A DNA stretch of 64,000 bases from Tubiluchus corallicola (lineage: Eukaryota > Animalia > Priapulida), in contig JAQGDQ010000139.1 in the NCBI GenBank assembly GCA_030141605.1, positions 372,001 through 436,000 on the forward strand, in the 5' to 3' direction. Positions 47,475-59,700 of this stretch are shown here, piece by piece. Numbering within the stretch: the stretch's first letter is position 1; each line of letters starts with the position of its first letter. Under the pieces are notes generated by a model. It was not told the DNA's origin. It saw only the letters and a list, made by a program, of their open reading frames with translations, and did no database searches. The position numbers and the translations under genes were made by a program.

Positions 47475-50400
47475 CCGTCGGCCTCCGTCCGTCTATGAAG
47501 ACGATGGGTTGCGCCATAAAGTGGAGCTGGAGCAGCGTCTGCTATGGCTGTAGAGCCCGATCCTGGAATGGCAGTCTCTGCCGCAGTCCCCACAGGTGAA
47601 AACGGGGTCATTGAGAGAACTAGTTGATGCTTTACTCCCCAGTCTCTTTTGACGTTGTCTCTCATGCCTGTCCTCCTCAGCCTTCTTAATACCCTCGCTG
47701 ACTGCTTGTCTCCAAGCTGGACGGTCATCTGCCTTGGTTTCCTGTGAACTGACGTCTATGTGAGTGCCTTTGAGGTCTCTTTTGCAGACATCAGAGAACC
47801 TCAGGCGAGGCCGACCGGTCGGACGCGTGCCTTCCTCGAGTTGGCCGTACAGCATATCCTTTGGAAGACGACCCTTGTCCATGCGTCTGACATGACCTAG
47901 CCAGCGTAGACGCCTCTGACTCAGCATAGCAAAGATTGTTGTCTTGGCCTTGCTGAGGACCTCGCGGTTGGTAATTCTGTCTTCCCACCTAATATCAAGA
48001 AGCCGACGCAGGCACCTCATGTGGTAGTTGAGTCTGGTCTCCTGTCTTGTGTAGGTAGCCCATGTCTCGCTGCCATATAGGAGGGTGCTGATAACACAAG
48101 CATTGTAGACTTTCAACTTTGTGCTGAGAGTAAGGTGTTTGTTTTCCCAAACTCTCTTTGTCAGCTTGGACATGACTCCTGTTGCTTTTCCAATGCGAGC
48201 GTTTATCTCAGCATCAAGGGACAGGTTCTGTGAGATGGTCGAGCCCAAGTATTTGAAGTTGTCTACAGTGGCCAGCTGCGAGTTGTTGATTGAGATGGAG
48301 GGGGGTATTGGAGGATCCTGAGCCATTATCTCCGTCTTCTTGATACTGATTGTGAGGGCAAGCTCTCTGCAAGCATTGGAGAAGCGGTCCATAAGGCGTT
48401 GTAGACCATCGTGGGTATGGCTTGCTAGAGCTGCATCATCAGCAAACAGCATTTCTCTGAGGAGCACACGTGTAATCTTAGACTTAGCCCGCAGTCTGGC
48501 TAGGTTAAAGAGCTTGCCATCATGTCTGGTATGAATGTAGACTCCATCGGATGAAGAGGCGAAGGCATGGTACATCAGAGAGAAGAAGATGCCGAAGAGT
48601 GTGGGGGCGAGCATGCATCCTTGCTTTACACCGCTGTGAATGTTAAAAGGTTCTGATGTATCTCCATCAAAGCTGACGGTTCCTTTCATATCTGTGTGGA
48701 AGGACTTGATTAAACTTAGAAGCTTTGGTGGGCAGCCTATACGCTGGAGAAGACTGAATAATCCGCTGCGGCTGACCAGGTCGAACGCCTTGGTGAGGTC
48801 AACAAAAGCTAAGTACAGAGGTTGACGCTGTTCCCTGCATTTTTCTTGAAGTTGTCTCACAGAGAATATCATGTCGATTGTTGAGCGGCACTGAGACTCT
48901 GGATAAACTCGTTCTGCAAGGGCCTGCAGTCTCGTCAGCATAACACGTGCGAACACCTTGCCTACAATGCTTAGTAGAGATATTCCGCGGTAGTTGTTGC
49001 AGTCCGAGTGGTCACCTTTGTTTTTGTAGAGGGTTACTATCTTGGAGTCCCTCATGTCCTGTACTTCCCCTTCTTTCCAGCATAGGCAGAGTAGCTCATG
49101 AAGATGCGGCAGCAGGCCCGATTTCCCTTCTTTTATCACCTCTGGGGGTATTGCATCGTTTCCAGGTGCCTTACCGCTTGATAGCGCATTTATAGCCTTT
49201 TCGAGGTCTTCGAGGGTGGGCTCAGCATCAAGGTGAGTCATAGTTGGGAGCTCGGGAATACTGTTGAGAGCATCTTCAGATACAGTGTTTTCAGTTGAGT
49301 AGAGCTCTAGGTAGTGCTCAACCTATCTTTCCATCTGCTTGCTGCGATCAGTGATTATGTTTCCTTCTTTGGACTTAAGGGGGGCTGTTTTCTTTGTAGT
49401 TGGACCAGTGGCTTGCTTGATACCTTCATACATGGCTCTTATGTTGCCAGTTGAGGATGCCTGTTCAATCTTGTCACACAAGTCCAGCCAGTAGTTGTTT
49501 GCACATACCCTTGTCATTTCCTGGCTTTCAGCTCTGGCTTTGCGTAGAAGTCTGAGATTTTCGTGTGTGGGATGCTGTTTCCACTTGATCAGAGCTAGTC
49601 TTGTGGCTTCGATAAGCGGCTCCAGTGTTTGTAGATTTGCTTCGAACCAGTCTTTGTTCGGTTTTGTTCTTTTGCCATATGAATAAATGGCGTATGCATG
49701 GATCTTTTTACTAAGAAACGACCATTTGGCTTCTGCTGACGTGTCTTCATCAGTGCCGGGGATAGTGCTTACAGATGCGACAAAGTGGCTTGTTCTCTGT
49801 GCATCCTTTGTACGAGCAGTGTTTATCTTGGGCAAACCTTTTGGCTTGGCATAATGAACTGTCCGACGATTCAACACAATTCTGCTGATGACAATGGAGT
49901 GATTGGTGTCACAGTCTGCACTATGATAACTTCTTGTGTTGTGTACATTCTGTAGGTTAGCTCTTTTTGTGATGATGAGATCAAGTTGGTGCCAATGTTG
50001 GGAGCGTGGATGCATCCATGAAACTTTATGCCTGTCCTTGTTTGGAAAGTAGGTATTTGTAATGCAGAGCTGTCGGTTGCAGCAGAGTTCAAGCAGCCTT
50101 TGTCCATTTTCATTTAGTTTGCCTACTCCATGGTGTCCAATACATTGTGGCCAGTTATTGTGCAAGGCACCCACTCTGGCATTGAAATCCCCGAGTAAGT
50201 ACAGGTCTTCTGTTTTAGGTAGCCTCCCAATCAGAGCATCGAGTGCTTCGTAGAATGCATCCTTCTCATCAGGGCTTGAGATGAGGGTAGGGGAATAGCA
50301 TGCTATGAGATTTACCGGGCCTGTACCAGAGTTTACTTTGATGCATAGTAAACGCTCTGTGCCACCAGAAGGTGGTTGAACCATTGGTATGAGTGATGTC

Positions 50401-51476
50401 TTAACCGCAAATCCCACTCCATGATCGCGCCGCTCATCTTGTCCCTTTCCTTGCCAGAAGAACGTGTAGTTTTTCTCCTGTAATGTTCCATCATCAGCCA
50501 GTCTTGTCTCTTGGAGGGCTGCTATGTCTACATTGAGCCTCTCTAGTTCAGAGTCAATCACAGCTGTTTTGCGTGCGTCGCTGATCTGTTGAAGATCGCT
50601 TGATAGTCCTGGCATCATTGTTCTCACATTCCAGCTTGCTATTCGAAGTGCTGGCAACTTCTTTTTCCTGTTTATTTTCCTGGGTGAACTGTTTTCAGTC
50701 TGCTTGTCTGACGTACATCATAAGCTCCTTGCACCCCCAAGAAGCAGACAGACCGTGGCGGATCAACACCTAATTGGCTGGGGGCTGCCCAGCTTAAGGC
50801 GGGCGGTAGCTGATCAGTGGGGCTCGAAGGCCCCTCCCTACTCTTCGCCAAATGAGCGTGGGCTTATAACCCATAACTGCTGCCTCCCGTGTTGTGCCTT
50901 TATGTGCGACACAAAGATGGAGTGTCCTCTCCATGACACAATGCCTGGGCGAAAACTATGGAGATCCTGGGCTGCCCGAACGTCAAGATCCCCCTCTTGA
51001 CCGCCCTGATGTTATCCAGAGGAATGCAGAGCAATACATCTGGCATCAGCTTGGTTGCAGGAGTTGCCAGGAAGATGATCTCTGATCTTGTCAACCTGCC
51101 TATGGGGCTCCACTCCAATATTTCTGTCGGGGTTGTTTCCCTTAGCCTTTCACTATACCTAGTGCATACTCACAAGGCAGTGAGGCTATTTGCCCATAGC
51201 TGGGGGTTGAGTTAGTGGGTACCAGGGCATGTCCGCACGCCGGCGGGCCTGCATACCGCACCTCTTGGGGCTGACCTCCTCCGAGCCCTCACAGTTCAGC
51301 CTGGGAGCGCAAGGTACCCAGTTGCCCGTATGTCGCCACGGGGAGGCACTGTGTAGGACTTGTCTATGAGAGGCTATCACACACCGAAGTGTGGGGCAGG
51401 GAAGACTGACACAATCTGCTTCCTTATCAGCCAATACAGCCTAGCCAGTTGCGCATCAATAGACCATTTAACATAC
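47475..51476 (-). mobile_element. Full-length RTE-clade LINE (APE endonuclease + RT + zinc finger), single ORF broken by one premature stop
   Basis: ORF 49323-50657 (IASWNVRT, LQET, GDFNA, LDLI) and ORF 47493-49241 (NYRGISLL, DLTKAFD, GVKQGC, FADD, CxxC finger) are in the same frame, separated by TAG at 49323-49325, probably a former TGG. 10-bp TSD TACTCTTAAT at 47465-47474 and 51477-51486; about 800-bp 5' UTR. Confidence 0.96.
51290..51476 (-). ncRNA. HDV-like self-cleaving ribozyme at the 5' end of the RTE element
   Basis: P1 GUAUGUU (51476-51470) / GACAUAC (51334-51328); P2 CACAGU (51353-51348) / ACUGUG (51295-51290); P3 GCC/GGC; L3 UCCCCGU; P1.1 GG; P4 CUGGG..CCCAG; J4/2 GCUGA with the catalytic C at 51299. 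G1 coincides with the TSD-defined 5' end. Confidence 0.88.
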
Positions 51477-52561
51477 TACTCTTAATAAGGTTACATTATC
51501 TGGTAATGACAAAATAACAGCTCAACGTTATTCATACAGAGTTAGAAAGAATCATTATCCGAGTGGTTATGTTGATATTAATAAACCCAGTGAATGTGAT
51601 AAGTTTAAATTTTTATGTATGTAAATTTCTGTTTTAAACATTGCCTTACTGAAATGCACCCTATAAACTTCTTTGTGGCTTTCGTCACTGCCATTTTCCT
51701 ACTCGCAAACTATTTATATAATTACATACATTCATTAACTACTCTATTACTACGTCACTACACGCGTCACATGTTAACGAATTTGCAGTCCCTAGTTTTC
51801 AACTTTGTAGTTTGCAATTGTGCGCATTGTGTAAGGTCAGAAGAATGAAGAAAAAGGCAAAGATTCTAATTTGTGCAATTTACTTGAGCTAAAATACTGC
51901 CTTTTAGACAGTGTGTAACACGTACATTTTGCTCTCAGTTAATCTCGATTAATCTACTAGCCAGAAATCACTAAAGCACTTATTTAAATTAACCCTCCTG
52001 AGGCTTATGTTAATGTCAAAGAATGGTCACCTAAGCTCTCCTATTTCAATTTCTTTTGAAGTTACAGGATTAATTTAAAATTTGCGTAAAATTATAGTTT
52101 TCAAATTTAAGAACTTATTTGTAAAATTACACATAAAATGAGAAGATATTAACATTGGTTCGCTGTCGTTTTTTTTCCTTAAAATATTTTTGAGTGCGCA
52201 AAGAGAGTATTACCACAGCTATTTCAAGCTAAGAAGATAGAGTTAAAGATGTTTTTTGTCATTCTATTAGTAGAAAAAGTGTTTTAATTTTCAAATTTGA
52301 AATTTTTTCAAGTGTCATTTTTGTTTTTTCTTTAGGTGTGTATTTGCTCAACAGTTCAGATACGTATTGTACCTGTTGCTGAAAATATCTGTGCATCAAT
52401 CATATGAAAAGATTTGATGAGATTCTTGACTCTTTCAACTTTCTACTAGGATTGTGCCTGTAAAACTATTATCATATGAGAGAGGTGACCTTTGTTTGAC
52501 ATTTAGCCAATTGTCGCATATATATGCTACAGCACTATTCTGTGTAGTTTTGCAAAAATTA

Positions 52562-54427
52562 ATGTTTTATCTTCCGGGTAATAGATTTCTGCTCAGCAGC
52601 GTTCGTGTCTTTTTCAAATATCCGTCACGACATTTTGCGATGGCAGCAAAGAACTATAGAAAACTTTATGTGCGAAATTGTGAAGAAGATCGCACTCTGT
52701 CCATTTCGTTTAACTATAAATCTCAGGAATTTAATTTTACGCGCATTTTTAATATGCAACGAGATAAAAATGAATTAATTTCTTACACCTTAAGCAGAAT
52801 GTCAGGAAATATTTCGAAAGTAGAACAGCAAAAGCAAAAGAAGAAATTAGGTAAGAGAAAAAATTGGAAAAATAGTAATGAAAATTTAGTTTTGGATCCT
52901 GCCGACATAGACATTCAAGTGTTAACTTGCAAAAATACCTTGCACGAGAACAGTAAAAATGTTGACGTATGGATTGATGGCACAGTTATCAAAATAAAGA
53001 ATTTAATTTATGAGGTGGTTGTCAATGCTCCTACAGTTTTGAGTTTAAAACTTCCCAATAGTATAATGATAGGCTTTCCAGTGTATCCACGGTGTGAGAT
53101 GGAATTTGCTAGTCAGAACAAATGCTTGGTGTTTTGGTTTGTTAAGAAATGCGATTCAGCGAAGTGTGATACAATCGACTTGGATGAGCGCTACCGTGAT
53201 CAGCTTTCGGTGTGCCGAAAAGAAGATTTGGTCAAAAGTGACTGGGTTCTTGTTGGAACAGGTTGGGTGTACACACCTTCTAGTGCAGACCTGAATCAGA
53301 AACTCACCTTGATATGTGTACCTGGTTCTGAGGCTAAAATTGGTTTACCTGTTTCAGCTGAATCTACTAATGTAGTTGCGGCTGGACCAGGTGAGTGTCC
53401 GTTTGAGGTTCGTCATTTATTCACAAATTCTAGTGCTTCTATAGGCAGTTTTAGAACTGTATCTTATAACTTGTTGGCTGATTTATATGCAGATTCAGAC
53501 TACTCGCGGGAATATCTCTTCCCTTACTGTCCACCTTATGCGCTTCATATAGATTATCGTAAGCAGTTGATATTGAAAGAACTGATTGGCTACAATGCAG
53601 ATATCATGTGTCTGCAAGAAGTAGATAAAAAAGTATTTGATCACGATCTTAAGCCTACCTTGGGGTCTCTTGGATATCAAGGCATTTATACAAGCAAAGC
53701 TGGTCAGGTAGCTGAGGGAGAGGTTGTCTTTTATACGATGTCAAAATTTACATACAGAGATCAGGCTGATATAGTACTTTCAGAAAAGATTCAAGAAGAT
53801 CCAATGTTGATGGAGAGGCTTGATACGAAGGAGGAAGTAAAAACAGTCATTTTGACGAAGCCTACAATACTTCAAGTTGTGATTTTAGAATCTGTGGAAA
53901 AGCCTGGGACTTGCCTGCTTGTAGCCAACACCCACCTTTACTTTCATCCACAGGCGGGTTTCATAAGGCGGATACAAGCTCAAGTGATACTGCAATACCT
54001 CTCTGAAGTAATGCAGAAATGTGAGAAGCTAGGTACTGATGTGATGTTGATGTTGTGTGGTGATTTCAACAGCAATCCTCATACTGGCACATACCATCTT
54101 ATCACCTGTGGTTATTTACCTGAAGATTTTGAAGATCATCCACCTGTTGAAAATGAGGAGAAAATAGACGGCATTAAATTCTCTCATAATCTAAAACTTT
54201 CGAGTGCCTGTGGTATTCCTTCTTATACAAATTATGTTGGTGGCTTTTGTGAAACTCTCGATTATATATTTATTGAAAATGATAAGCTTGATGTAGATCA
54301 GATTATCCCAATGCCATCACATGAAGAGATTACTTTGCACACAGCACTTCCTAGTGTTGTCTTTCCAAGTGATCACATTGCCCTTGTGTGCGACTTAAAG
54401 TGGAGGGCATTGCCATCAAAGTTATAA
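52562..54427 (+). CDS. PDE12: 2',5'-phosphodiesterase 12 (mitochondrial deadenylase, EEP family), intronless CDS, about 621 aa
   Basis: First in-frame ATG at 52562 begins an Arg/Phe/Ser-rich transit-like peptide. Motifs VSYNLLADLYADSDYSR..LFPYCPPYAL, CLQEVD, ANTHL, CGDFNS, LDYIF, FPSDHIALVCDL. Upstream acceptor tttctttag at 52334-52335. Confidence 0.95.
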   Translation: MFYLPGNRFLLSSVRVFFKYPSRHFAMAAKNYRKLYVRNCEEDRTLSISFNYKSQEFNFTRIFNMQRDKNELISYTLSRMSGNISKVEQQKQKKKLGKRKNWKNSNENLVLDPADIDIQVLTCKNTLHENSKNVDVWIDGTVIKIKNLIYEVVVNAPTVLSLKLPNSIMIGFPVYPRCEMEFASQNKCLVFWFVKKCDSAKCDTIDLDERYRDQLSVCRKEDLVKSDWVLVGTGWVYTPSSADLNQKLTLICVPGSEAKIGLPVSAESTNVVAAGPGECPFEVRHLFTNSSASIGSFRTVSYNLLADLYADSDYSREYLFPYCPPYALHIDYRKQLILKELIGYNADIMCLQEVDKKVFDHDLKPTLGSLGYQGIYTSKAGQVAEGEVVFYTMSKFTYRDQADIVLSEKIQEDPMLMERLDTKEEVKTVILTKPTILQVVILESVEKPGTCLLVANTHLYFHPQAGFIRRIQAQVILQYLSEVMQKCEKLGTDVMLMLCGDFNSNPHTGTYHLITCGYLPEDFEDHPPVENEEKIDGIKFSHNLKLSSACGIPSYTNYVGGFCETLDYIFIENDKLDVDQIIPMPSHEEITLHTALPSVVFPSDHIALVCDLKWRALPSKL

Positions 54428-55300
54428 TGTCAGATTATATATAGCAAATTTTTTACACTTCAAAATTTATCTTTTTCAGTTATTTAATACAAAAAATTAA
54501 TTATAATTTGACTGAAGAATTATTACTAGTTGATAATGCCAATAGTGCTAATAAATCAATGCTATTTTTTAGTTATCAAGTAGCTGGAAGCTGTTCCTGA
54601 ATTACATTCTACATGCCATTGGATTATGTTACTTTATTATAATAGCATACTGGATATTATTTAACATTGTTAGCAGTTTTGTGTACTGTACATTTCTGAA
54701 GGCTTTAAAATTGCAAACTATTTGTGGATTACAAGTTTTCCTGTTATTCGTGGTGCCTTCAATTTGAAATTGATTACGTTCATCAGCTGCATTAGTTTAA
54801 TAAAATTTCATCATTGAAGCAATTTTTTTATTTGGTTGATTTGTTGTAACTAAGCAGACATTTTGCCTTCAAATTTTAATTTTGAATTATAGATCTTATA
54901 TTTTTGATTGTTTTCTCTTAATTCAGAACCTATTTTGTTTTTTGAGAATGGTAAAAAGTCGTAGTTATTATTTGGCTTGCCAGATAGGTGAGCTTTATGC
55001 TTTTAACCAAGCAGTTGGAAAGTTTTTGTAACTTGTAAAAATTTAGTGACATTTATTCTAAATGTTAACTGTCACTCGTGCCATTTTCTGAACATTCTTG
55101 TACTTGAGTTAAAAATGATTTAGCCGTACAGTTCGTTGTTTTAGTAGTTTTGTAACAGCAAAGTGTGAAGGTAATAATCTTAGTGTTAGTAGTACATTGT
55201 AGTAAGTGTATTGTAGTGTAGTGTATGTAGTTGTACACTGTAGCATAACGTAGTATTTAACAGCTGTTTCTAGGTAAACAGCCCCATTAGTTTCCATAGT

Positions 55301-58300
55301 ATGCAGAGGCTTGATAATATATGCAACAAGCAACACGTGCCATACTTTGACTTTCTTCGCGCACCTCCATCGACCAGAAGACTCGTGATTTCTCCTATAG
55401 CTGACGCTGGCTTCATTCCTAGGGTAAGTGACCTTCTGTATCATTATTACATAGACATTCTCTGTACTGCAACAGTTCATTATGTTTTTGCTTTGTTACA
55501 TTACAGTCATTACTGGATATTCAAATTTTATTGAAAAGTTCTTGTCTAAAGTAGGCTGAGCTGTTGTCATTTATTAATGTAGTGTGATGTGATTTAATGC
55601 TTTGTATCCTGTTTCTTGAACTTTATAATGTTCACTGTTATTTTTAAATTCCTTTATGTGTTGGAACATTTTAAATGGTTGGAAAACATGTTTTAGGTCA
55701 AACATGCTAGACCACACCTAGTGCGACCAGGACCATACAACCAAGTTCCAAGAAGATATTTTTGGTCCGTGGCAAAGGACAGAATTTTTGTTCCTCGTTT
55801 GCCTACAGCATCTATGAAACCATTACCTCAGGTGATTTGACTTTGATAGATAATACTGAATAAATTCATGTTCAAGTCTGTGAGAATGACGATGTTTATC
55901 TGTTTTCTGCACATTGTCCAGTGTGGTTTGCTCATATCAGAAACTGTAGATTATTAAGCTCATGAAACTGATCAGTCTCCATGCTGCTCATGACTAATTA
56001 TCACTATATATTGACCGAGCATTTTACCCTAATTTTTACATTTTGGCCTCTATCTCGTGCCCTTTTCTTAAAACTCCAGACTTTTTTCACACACTTCCAT
56101 CGACGAGGTACACATCTGCCTCATAATACCCAAAATATTTATACCCAAGAATTTAATTTAGCTTAAAGCCCTAGGAGTAGGAGGAGTTGATTAACAATCA
56201 AAAACTGACTGACGTCCAGTGCCCTTGTCCCTTTGACTGAGATCACGATTCACCATACCATTGTCAAGGCCCCTAACCCAGGCATCTATCCTGCAAGTTT
56301 TGTGACTATAACCCTCTGTGTTTGCTAGTTAATGTGAATTAATGTTAATGTGAAAACTTGATGCCTAACATAATGATGAAATCAAGCTTTGGTGTTCTTT
56401 TAGATCCATGATGCTCACAGATAAAAATGTGCTTATCCTGTTTTTTTTTTAATGAATATGTGTAATGATTAGCCATTGTTTGCTTTTACTCTAACCAACT
56501 TAATTACAGATCCCAGGTCTAAAGTTTGATTTTTTATTTGTCACAGACATTTGTATCCACAGTTTACATCTCTCTTCATAATGTGTAAACTGGTTTGAAA
56601 ATCTGATCCCATTAGGAAAATATTTGTTTGACAAGTGTAAGTCACTTTATCATATTAGCAACTAGCTGTGCAAACACTAGAAGCTGAAATTCCCATTATT
56701 GACTTCTGAGATTTTTAGAGAACTAGTTCTATCAGTAGATTTGCTGTAAACTGATGAGCAAAGTAGTGCTGTAATATTGTTTACTATTTGATTCGTTTTG
56801 TAGGTTTTGGATAAGCAGAGATTCAAACCACATAAAATTAACTACAAATATCCCAGTTTGAATCGCAGTGTGGCCGTTTCGGTAAGTATGGACACTATGG
56901 TACTCGAATTTTTTGAAATTGTCAAATTTTTTATAACAGGATTATACCTAATACCAAACAAGATTAGGTTCACAAATACTATTCTAACGGATGAAGTAGC
57001 ACAAAGGCCCATGATTCACCATTTTAAAATGTGGTCAGATGTGTATCTTATGTTTTAATTTCCGTGCAAATACATGGAAAAGAAGAGATTTGTGAACTGC
57101 TCATTACCAAAGCCATATGCTAGTTTCAAGAAATTAATGAGTAGCATTTATTAATTTCTTCAGACGTAGCACAATTAAGAAAATAAGTTTTAAAAGAATT
57201 TATAAAAATTGGCATGGAAGTTAGCAACTGTTTAATTTAGCTTGGAACAATAAGACATAAAGTTAGCTACAGATGTGGTTTTTAATTCTATGTTGGTATT
57301 TTTTGGTTTTATCAGGGAAACTGAGTGCAATTATTGCTGCATGTCATATTTTCTACGTACATTCGTCTTTGATGAGTGTACAGGACCTTTTGCAACAAAA
57401 GAAAAGAAAGTTTAGCAATGAGAATTGGATAGGCGTGTTCCCCTTTGAATCCCATCTCATATACATTTCTTTCAAGATCGCATAAGTAATTTAGTATCTA
57501 ATTGTGAAGTTGTAAAATATTTGAGTTGTCATCATAACTTTGTTGCAGAAGCCAGGATTGTGGCCCACAAGATCCAAGGGCCTCATAGTGAAAAACCAGC
57601 CTGCAGATTTTGCAGCATCTCATTCAGAGTTGGAAGAGATGATTCAGTTTTCCCAAAAATTCAAAATATGCAGAACTCGCCTTGGTAAGATAAATAATTA
57701 CTATTTACCAATCACCATTCTTATTCCATTTTATATCTAATTGTTGTTATTTGCATTTTTCATAAATCATTTTAGGCCTTTCACAAGCTCAAGTTGGTAG
57801 ATTACTAGGGACTCTGTGTGGAGTGTCAATGAGTCAAACAACAATTTCACGCTTTGAAGCATTGAATTTAACATACAATAACATGGTAAAAATTAGGAAA
57901 CGGATAGAAGTTTGGATGGAGCATGTTGGAAAGATGAGCTCACATTCCGTTAAGGACAAAGAAGCACAGGAAATTTTAGTGCAAAAAAATACAGGTCTAA
58001 ATACAAGAAGGAGGAAAAAGCGGACCACTATTGACGGTCACACTCGCAAGTTATTGGAAAATTTGTTTTGTGAGAATCCTCAACCTGGCACAGAAGAGTT
58101 TGATGCACTTGCAAACAAGATAAATTTGGACAAGGATACACTTCGTGTATGGTTTTGCAATCGCCGTCAACGAGACAAGAAGATGAACTGTCTTACGGTG
58201 CAGCAGACTGAGAAGGCTAAAGTAATGCCTAAAAATTTTAACAGTTGGCAGAGTAACAGATTTTATGCCACTGTTAAACGGTCGAGAGAGAACGACGCTC

Positions 58301-59700
58301 ATCGTACCACACATGCTGGCTTGGCTAATCAGGGTATTTTATCAAGCAACACATTCTCTATATCAATTGCTGATAAAGCTAAACTTGAGACAAAATCTGC
58401 TTGTGAGAAGAACGCCCATGATAATACTTCGAAATTGTTGTCGCAAAGCATTGAAGATATATTAGCATCTGCATGTAATTATAGTGCAAGTCAGAACAAA
58501 AGCATTCAGGCAGCAAATCTTGAACACACATTTGAAGCAGATATTTTTGATGGTGTTGCACAAATTGCAGAAGCTAGTGACTGCTTACATCTTAACTTGA
58601 GCACACCAAAAGTGTTCCAGGTAGCTACACCTCGATCAAATGTAAACAATGATGTATCGCCTATGGTAATTTTATTGTCACCAGATTTTGGTACTATGAT
58701 AAATGATGATGATAACACAGGCAAGACTAAGGATACCATACAAGCACCAAGAGAAGTCGATAGCGTCATTCAGAAGTCTGGCATTTATAACTCAGTTACA
58801 AAAGAGCATTTTCAAGACGTAACCCAGCCTGTGTTGGTACAGGAAAAATTGAATATGGACGTTACATCCAATATTGTACAGCAGCAGCTTAATAACAATG
58901 AGCAGGACATGTTTTTCATTCAAACCCAGAATATGACGAAAACTTCTATATATAAGTTGTGGTGCAAGGAAAACAGTTTCAATCGAAGCGTTGAAGACAA
59001 AGCCAGTGAAATAATAGTTCCAAAAACACACGCAGTAGAGCCCAAAAGTTTTCCCATTCAGATTAATGAAAGCTGTTTTTTGCAGATGGATTCAGGAATA
59101 CTCCCAATGCCCACTAGGTTTGGAATTCACACATCTTCTGGAAGCAGTCTTCCGGAGAGCAGGTTAAGTTTGAATGACAAATTCAAAGTTGCAACATCAA
59201 GACTGAATTTTGATGTGTCACCTATGACACAGTTTGATGACATTGATAAGAAAGTCACTTATCAAATGGATGATGGTAAACCATCTTCGTCTCTGAATGA
59301 CATAAATTTTCCTTCAGTTTTTGACAATTTTAAGTTCCCGTCTAATGTAGACTACAAAACTAATGTAGATGAGAGCACAATAATAGTGAAATCAGAGTGG
59401 GAGAAGATGAAGAAAGATGAAGGCAATGATTATTCAGTTGATTTTGACTTGGAGTACAATGCAGATTTTAGTTTATTTGTCAATGATTCAGGTCACTCAA
59501 ATTTTGATTCTCTCGGTAGTAAAGGCAATAGTTCCTTAAACAGTAACTTTCCATGGCAGATTACATCAGAATTGGCACTCATGAAAGAAAGAGCTCTGGC
59601 AGCAAAAGAATTTAATCAATGTGATTTTGCTGCTTCTAATGAGTCACATTTCCTGTCTCCTACGTCAAGACTTTTGAGTTTGGCTTCAAGCTCTGAATGA
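55301..59700 (+). CDS. Divergent POU-domain transcription factor, about 798 aa predicted, 5 coding exons
   Basis: GT-AG exons 55301-55423, 55697-55831, 56804-56881, 57549-57684 and 57776-59700 splice in frame (2397 nt). POU-specific domain ELEEMIQFSQKFK..LG|LSQAQVG..SQTTISRFEALNL; POU homeodomain RRRKKRTTI..RVWFCNRRQR. The first three exons rest on splice signals and frame only. Confidence 0.85.

Noticed and set aside
49323-49325. In-frame TAG between the endonuclease and RT as programmed readthrough
   Set aside because: It falls where RTE ORFs have a conserved Trp (RWxEH), so a TGG>TAG mutation is the simpler explanation.
52454-52561. N-terminal extension of the PDE12 ORF from a GTG start
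   Set aside because: Eukaryotic gene; the ATG at 52562 gives a plausible mitochondrial transit peptide.
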